This document shows positions 62,090-64,000 of a stretch of 64,000 nucleotides of DNA, piece after piece; position 1 is the stretch's first letter, and each line of letters starts with the position of its first letter. The translations under genes and the position numbers were made by a program. The DNA lies in NCBI GenBank assembly GCA_016779945.1, contig JADHMR010000001.1, positions 13,750 through 77,749 of the forward strand, given 5' to 3'. The notes under the pieces are model-generated. The model did no database searches. It was not told where the DNA came from and saw only the letters and a program-made list of their open reading frames with translations. The DNA comes from Bacteroidia bacterium (GTDB taxonomy: Bacteria > Bacteroidota > Bacteroidia > NS11-12g > UBA9320).

Positions 62090-64000
62090 TTATGCTTTTA
62101 CAGTTGTTCCAGTTGCTTTTTCTATGATTTCGGTTGCTATATTATTAGGAACAACATCATAGTTATTAAATTCCATAGTTGAAGTTGCACGACCAGATGT
62201 TATTGTTCTTAGATCAGTGACGTATCCAAACATCATTGATAGAGGAACAAGGGCTTTAACCACTTGTGCACCTCCTTTTTCTGTCATTCCCTGCATTTGT
62301 CCTCTTCTTCTGTTTAAATCTCCGATTACATCACCCATATTTTCCTCTGGAGTAATTACCTCGAGTTTCATGATAGGTTCTAGAATAACAGGATTGGCTT
62401 TTTTAGAAGCTTCTCTAAATGCAAATTTTGCAGCTGTTTCAAAAGATAATGAATCCGAATCTACAGGGTGGAATGAACCATCAAATAACCTTACTTTAAG
62501 ATTTTGAACTTCATATCCGGCAAGAGCACCATTTTTCATAGCATCTCTAAAACCTTTTTCAACGGCAGGAATAAATTCACGTGGTATTGCACCACCAACA
62601 ATTTGATTAACAAATTCTAATCCTTCTTTCCCTTCGTCCGCGGGTCCTATCTCAACTTGAATATCTGCAAATTTACCACGTCCACCAGACTGTTTCTTAT
62701 ATGTTTCACGGTGGGTAACTGCGTTAGAAATTGTTTCTTTGTATGCAACCTGTGGTTGTCCTTGATTAGCTTCAACGTTAAACTCTCTTTTGAGTCTGTC
62801 AATAATAATTTCTAAGTGAAGCTCACCCATTCCAGAAATTACTGTTTGGCCAGTTTCGTCATCCGATTTAACTACAAATGTTGGATCTTCTTCTGCTAAC
62901 TTACCAAGTGCCATTCCTAGTTTATCAACGTCAGCTTGTGTTTTTGGCTCAATCGCAACACCAATTACTGGGTCTGGGAAATCCATTGACTCAAGTACGA
63001 TAGGAGCATTTTCAGCACATAGTGTATCTCCCGTTCTTATATCTTTAAATCCAATTAAAGCTGCAATATCTCCAGCTTGTAATTGTGGAATTTGATTTTG
63101 TTTGTTGGCGTGCATTTGGAAAATACGTGAAATACGTTCTTTTTTCATAGTTCGTGTATTATACACATACGAACCTGAATCTAAAACACCAGAGTAAGCT
63201 CTAGTAAAACATAATCTTCCAACAAAAGGATCGGTAGCAATTTTAAATGCCAATGATGCAAATGGCTCATCTACAGATGGTTTACGCGAAGTAGGTTCAT
63301 CTGTCTTTGGGTTAGTTCCTTCGATTGCCTCAACATCTACAGGAGATGGAAGAATTTCCATAACCATGTCAAGCATTGCTTGTACTCCTTTATTCTTAAA
63401 TGCTGAACCACACATCATAGGTACAACTTTACCTGCAATGGTAGCTTCTCTAAGTGCGTCTAAAATTTCACGCTCAGTTAATGACTCAGGATCTTCAAAA
63501 TACTTCTCCATGAGGTTATCATCAAATTCTGCGACAGCTTCTAAGAGTTCTTCTCTTAACTGTGTTGCTTCATCGACAATATCTGCTGGAATATCTATTT
63601 CTTGAAAAGTCATTCCTTGATCAGCGTCATTCCAAGTAATTCCTCTAAAGTTAATTAAATCAACAACGCCTTTAAAACCGTCCTCTGCACCAATATTTAA
63701 TTGAAGTGGTAACGCATGACTACCCAACATTTCTTTTACTTGAGCACATACATTTATAAAATCAGCACCTTGGCGGTCCATTTTATTCACGAAACCAATA
63801 CGAGGCACATTATAATTATTTGCTAATCTCCAATTCGTTTCCGACTGAGGCTCTACACCGTCAACAGCACTGAATAAGAAAACTAAACCGTCAAGAACAC
63901 GTAATGATCGATTAACCTCCACCGTAAAATCAACGTGACCTGGGGTATCGATAATATTTACGTGGTAATCTTGATCTCTGTATTTCCAGTTAAGAGTAGT
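62090..64000 (-). CDS. fusA: Elongation factor G (3' portion; the N-terminal G-domain start lies beyond the window end)
   Basis: The reading frame continues open to position 64000 (…[11 protein letters not shown]…, G3 motif). Domains II-V are present. It lies directly upstream of rpsJ, as in str/S10 operons. Confidence 0.9.
   Translation of the reverse strand, partial: TTLNWKYRDQDYHVNIIDTPGHVDFTVEVNRSLRVLDGLVFLFSAVDGVEPQSETNWRLANNYNVPRIGFVNKMDRQGADFINVCAQVKEMLGSHALPLQLNIGAEDGFKGVVDLINFRGITWNDADQGMTFQEIDIPADIVDEATQLREELLEAVAEFDDNLMEKYFEDPESLTEREILDALREATIAGKVVPMMCGSAFKNKGVQAMLDMVMEILPSPVDVEAIEGTNPKTDEPTSRKPSVDEPFASLAFKIATDPFVGRLCFTRAYSGVLDSGSYVYNTRTMKKERISRIFQMHANKQNQIPQLQAGDIAALIGFKDIRTGDTLCAENAPIVLESMDFPDPVIGVAIEPKTQADVDKLGMALGKLAEEDPTFVVKSDDETGQTVISGMGELHLEIIIDRLKREFNVEANQGQPQVAYKETISNAVTHRETYKKQSGGRGKFADIQVEIGPADEGKEGLEFVNQIVGGAIPREFIPAVEKGFRDAMKNGALAGYEVQNLKVRLFDGSFHPVDSDSLSFETAAKFAFREASKKANPVILEPIMKLEVITPEENMGDVIGDLNRRRGQMQGMTEKGGAQVVKALVPLSMMFGYVTDLRTITSGRATSTMEFNNYDVVPNNIATEIIEKATGTTVKA

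Noticed and set aside
1-64000. Mobile elements, CRISPR arrays, tRNA/rRNA genes, defence islands
   Set aside because: No transposase or integrase-like ORFs, no direct-repeat/spacer arrays, no tRNA-like cloverleaf candidates found by eye in the intergenic regions, and no compositional discontinuity. The window reads as uniform core genome.

Overview
This is a low-GC, gene-dense window (about 33-35% GC by eye) that reads as core chromosome of a Bacteroidota bacterium, probably a Flavobacteriia-like gliding organism. That call is inferred from a T9SS-type C-terminal sorting domain on a secreted metalloprotease, a three-subunit cyt-b/flavoprotein/FeS succinate dehydrogenase, weak Shine-Dalgarno usage, and a fused S10-spc-alpha ribosomal super-operon. 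Almost every large ORF is a recognisable housekeeping gene. The named genes are dnaE (5' end), recG, ribE, sdhCAB, pyrD, rlmF, uvrA, topA, aroB-aroA-aroC, secDF, udk and a TetR-TolC-MFP-RND efflux operon. The ribosomal cluster runs rplQ-rpoA-rpsD-rpsK-rpsM-rpmJ-infA-secY-rplO-rpmD-...-rpsJ-fusA, with fusA running off the window end. Also present are an arginine-decarboxylase-like / deoxyhypusine-synthase-like gene pair and several envelope proteins (MlaD-like, LptD-like, OmpA-like lipoprotein). I found no tRNA/rRNA genes, CRISPR arrays, transposases, integrases, phage genes or compositional islands. I could not identify a convincing novel multi-gene system and say so plainly. The more interesting local observations are as follows. 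The conserved UvrA N-terminus continues upstream of the only canonical start codon. An Orn/Arg-decarboxylase plus DHS-like pair is consistent with homospermidine synthesis. A perfect 9-bp inverted repeat sits at the 5' end of tetR as a candidate operator. The RND pump is unusually long, with an inserted hydrophobic segment. L17 carries a long histone-H1-like Lys/Ala tail. The protease and topA genes are translationally coupled. There is a cluster of three rho-independent terminators with a possible small transcript between two of them. Two short ribosomal genes, rpmJ and rpmD, are absent from the ORF track and were found by hand translation. All functional calls are from motif recognition by eye; no searches were run.
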